Source: an uncultured Christensenella sp. | GTDB lineage: Bacteria > Bacillota > Clostridia > Christensenellales > UBA1242 | NCBI GenBank assembly: GCA_910584815.1 | Contig: CAJUBT010000006.1 | Coordinates: forward strand, 6,371 to 70,370 | DNA: 64,000 bases | Direction: 5' to 3' | Shown here: positions 62,018 to 64,000 of the stretch, piece after piece | How positions within the stretch are numbered: the first letter of the stretch is position 1 | How the letters are laid out: each line of letters begins with the position of its first letter | Notes under the pieces: generated by a model | What the model was told of the DNA's origin: nothing | What the model saw: the letters and a program-made list of their open reading frames with translations, nothing else | Database searches by the model: none | Translations under genes and position numbers: made by a program

Positions 62018-63592
62018 ATGAAGATAGACAGAAATAAAAACACAAAAAAAAATATAGTGTTTGGTTATATAAATAAATTTATAACCTTATTTTTTCCATT
62101 TGTTATAAGAACAATTATAATAAGAACGCTGGGCATTGAATATATTGGTTTAAATTCTTTATTCTCGGCAGTTTTAAATATTTTAAGTTTAGCCGATTTA
62201 GGCTTTGGCACCGCAATGGTGTTTAGTATGTATAAGCCAATTGCGGAAGATGACACTGAAACTATTAATGCTTTACTTAACTTATATAGAAAAATTTATA
62301 TAGTTGTGGGCACCATTGTTTCAGTTATTGGTTTATGCATAATGCCAGCACTGCCTCATTTAATTGCAGGCAATGTCCCTGCCGATATAAATTTATATAT
62401 TTTATATATAATTTATTTGGTTAACATTACTGTTGGATACTTCTTTTTTGGATATAAAGATTGCCTATTTACAGCACACCAAAGAAATGATATTTCAAGC
62501 AACATTTTTTCCGTTTTAAGATTTATAATGTTTTCCATTCAAATTGCTGTGCTATTTTTGTTTAAAAATTACTACATTTATGCAATTTTTATACCAGTAA
62601 CAACCTTGTTAATTAACCTGTTTATTGGTTTTATTACAAAAAAAATGTACCCCCAATATTTTTGCAAGGGTGTGCTTAGCAAAGAAATTAAGGGAGACAT
62701 TAAAAAAAGAATTTCTGCGCTTATAACCCATAGAATAGGGGATGTTATTCAAAGTTCGATAGATAGCATATGCATAAGTTCCTTTTTGGGCTTAGCAATG
62801 TCGGGGATATACAATAACTATATGTATGTGATAATTTCAATTGAAGGCTTTGTAACAATTATTAGAAATTCTATGTTGGCAGGAATAGGTAACAGCCTTA
62901 TTGTTGAAGATAAAGAATACAACAAAAAGCACTACTATAAATTGGTAACTTTGTTTAACTGGGTGGCTATTTTTTGTGCAACAAGTTTGTTTTGCCTGTT
63001 CCAACCATTTATGCATTTGTGGGGAATAATTTCTAAAGATGAAAAAATGCTGTTACCTATAACTGTGGTAATATGCTTAGTTACACTTTTTTATTGCAAC
63101 TCTATTAGAAACACAACCCGCCTTTACAAAGATGCCCTTGGAATGTGGTGGGAAGATAGGTTAAAGCCAATTTTAATGTCGATATTAAACCTAATTGTTA
63201 CATTAATTTCTGCATACTATGGTTGTTTTGAAGGAATTATTCTTGCAACTATTGGCTCTAGCTTGCTTATAGCATTCCCTTTTGAAACAAAAGTATTTTT
63301 TAAAAATTATATGAACGAAAGTCAGTTAAAATTTTATATGAAACAACTTTTACATTTTGCAGTAGCAGTTGTTTGTGTAACAGCAACATATTTTGCCAGT
63401 GAATACTTTGTTATTTTTTTAAGAAATTATACCACTATTAACACTATTGTTGAATTTATAATTAAAGCAGTTTTTTGTGTGATATTGCCAAACCTTATAA
63501 CCTTATTTGCTTTTGTGTTTACCAAACAAGTTGATAAAGATACCCTTAAAAAAGGAATTAATTTATTTAAAAGAAAAAAGAATAAAACATAA
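62018..63592 (+). CDS. MOP-superfamily oligosaccharide/polysaccharide flippase (Wzx-like)
   Basis: About 12-14 TM helices. The N-terminal pattern NIVFGYINKFITLFFPFVIRTIIIRTLGIEYIGLNSLFSAVLNILSLADLGFGTAMV is typical of Polysacc_synt-family proteins. The track ORF starts at TTG 61973. I prefer ATG 62018, which lies downstream of the predicted promoter. Confidence 0.7.
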   Translation: MKIDRNKNTKKNIVFGYINKFITLFFPFVIRTIIIRTLGIEYIGLNSLFSAVLNILSLADLGFGTAMVFSMYKPIAEDDTETINALLNLYRKIYIVVGTIVSVIGLCIMPALPHLIAGNVPADINLYILYIIYLVNITVGYFFFGYKDCLFTAHQRNDISSNIFSVLRFIMFSIQIAVLFLFKNYYIYAIFIPVTTLLINLFIGFITKKMYPQYFCKGVLSKEIKGDIKKRISALITHRIGDVIQSSIDSICISSFLGLAMSGIYNNYMYVIISIEGFVTIIRNSMLAGIGNSLIVEDKEYNKKHYYKLVTLFNWVAIFCATSLFCLFQPFMHLWGIISKDEKMLLPITVVICLVTLFYCNSIRNTTRLYKDALGMWWEDRLKPILMSILNLIVTLISAYYGCFEGIILATIGSSLLIAFPFETKVFFKNYMNESQLKFYMKQLLHFAVAVVCVTATYFASEYFVIFLRNYTTINTIVEFIIKAVFCVILPNLITLFAFVFTKQVDKDTLKKGINLFKRKKNKT

Positions 63593-63654
63593 AAAACTTA
63601 TAAAAAACTAACTTTAATTTAAAAATATAATTATATATTTCAAAAATTCATATA

Positions 63655-63686
63655 AAAAACAAGGTAACAGTTACCTTGTTTTTTGT
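63655..63686. terminator. Bidirectional terminator between the flippase gene and a convergent partial gene
   Basis: Palindrome CAAGGTAAC-A-GTTACCTTG (63660-63678), flanked by A6 and T6. Confidence 0.6.
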
Positions 63687-63759
63687 TTTATTTGTGCTAA
63701 ATTTTATAAAAGTTTTTTATATTATAGGAATAAAATTTTTAATGCAATAAGTTATTAAA

Positions 63760-64000
63760 TTATTTATATAATATTTTTAATAAATTTTTCATTTTGTGTT
63801 TTATTAAAAATATTTTTATCTTTCCTTTTAAACTTTTTGTTACTTTTTTTATTTGATTATAATTTTCTTTCTTGCCCCAAGTTTTAAATTCTTCGTAATT
63901 AATATCATCACCATAAATGTACTTAGCAATAAAGCAATCTATATAGCAAGTATATTCTAAAGCAAGAATATATTTAGCATACTTAGTGTCTTTTAAAACT
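63760..64000 (-). CDS. 3' end of an unidentified gene running off the right edge (not in the ORF track because it has no in-window start)
   Basis: The minus-strand frame starting at 63999 reads VLKDTKYAKYILALEYTCYIDCFIAKYIYGDDINYEEFKTWGKKENYNQIKKVTKSLKGKIKIFLIKHKMKNLLKILYK. The TAA stop is at 63762-63760. That is 79 codons without a stop in very AT-rich DNA. Function unknown. Confidence 0.4.
   Translation of the reverse strand, partial: VLKDTKYAKYILALEYTCYIDCFIAKYIYGDDINYEEFKTWGKKENYNQIKKVTKSLKGKIKIFLIKHKMKNLLKILYK

Noticed and set aside
1-64000. An alternative genetic code (TGA=Trp, as in Mollicutes) or mobile-element/island borders.
   Set aside because: Conserved genes (metG, murC, lysA, ktrB) are full length under the standard code, and TGA terminates the leader ORF. 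I saw no integrase, transposase, tRNA, inverted terminal repeats or flanking direct repeats.

Overview
AT-rich window (roughly 30% GC by eye, not computed). It looks like a low-GC, peptidoglycan-bearing Bacillota-type chromosome, because spoVG, murC, lysA, dtd, metG, rpmE, tsaC, ktrAB and pflA are present. The standard genetic code fits, and no taxon can be assigned from the sequence alone.

Core genes are interleaved with four very large secreted-protein genes on the minus strand, each with its own predicted terminator and three with a predicted sigma-A-type promoter. They are 2240, 926, 1060 and 9033 codons long, totalling 39,777 nt, or 62% of the window.

The dominant feature is one uninterrupted 27.1-kb ORF (33915..61016). 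Its product has, in order:
- a Sec signal peptide;
- a DUF6273-like N-terminal domain;
- four GGA[ILV]/PMP-type parallel beta-helix modules;
- more than 30 Ig-like modules in two sub-families, interrupted by one unique ~330-aa insert;
- a single C-terminal TM helix;
- a ~240-aa N/Q/G/Y-rich tail predicted to be cytoplasmic.

The most specific signal outside the ORF track is a tiny minus-strand transcription unit at 4664..4863. It has a near-consensus promoter, a strong SD and a 23-codon ORF (MKFTEKNIAFWYFYFKTAYRRCM) with six consecutive aromatic codons. Two mutually complementary terminator hairpins follow. The unit looks like a Phe/Tyr/Trp translational attenuator in front of an uncharacterised 582-aa ATP-grasp-like gene.

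I recognised no rRNA, tRNA, CRISPR array, transposase, integrase or phage gene. All family calls come from motifs read in the translations, with no database search run. Sub-gene domain boundaries are approximate (about +/-100 nt).
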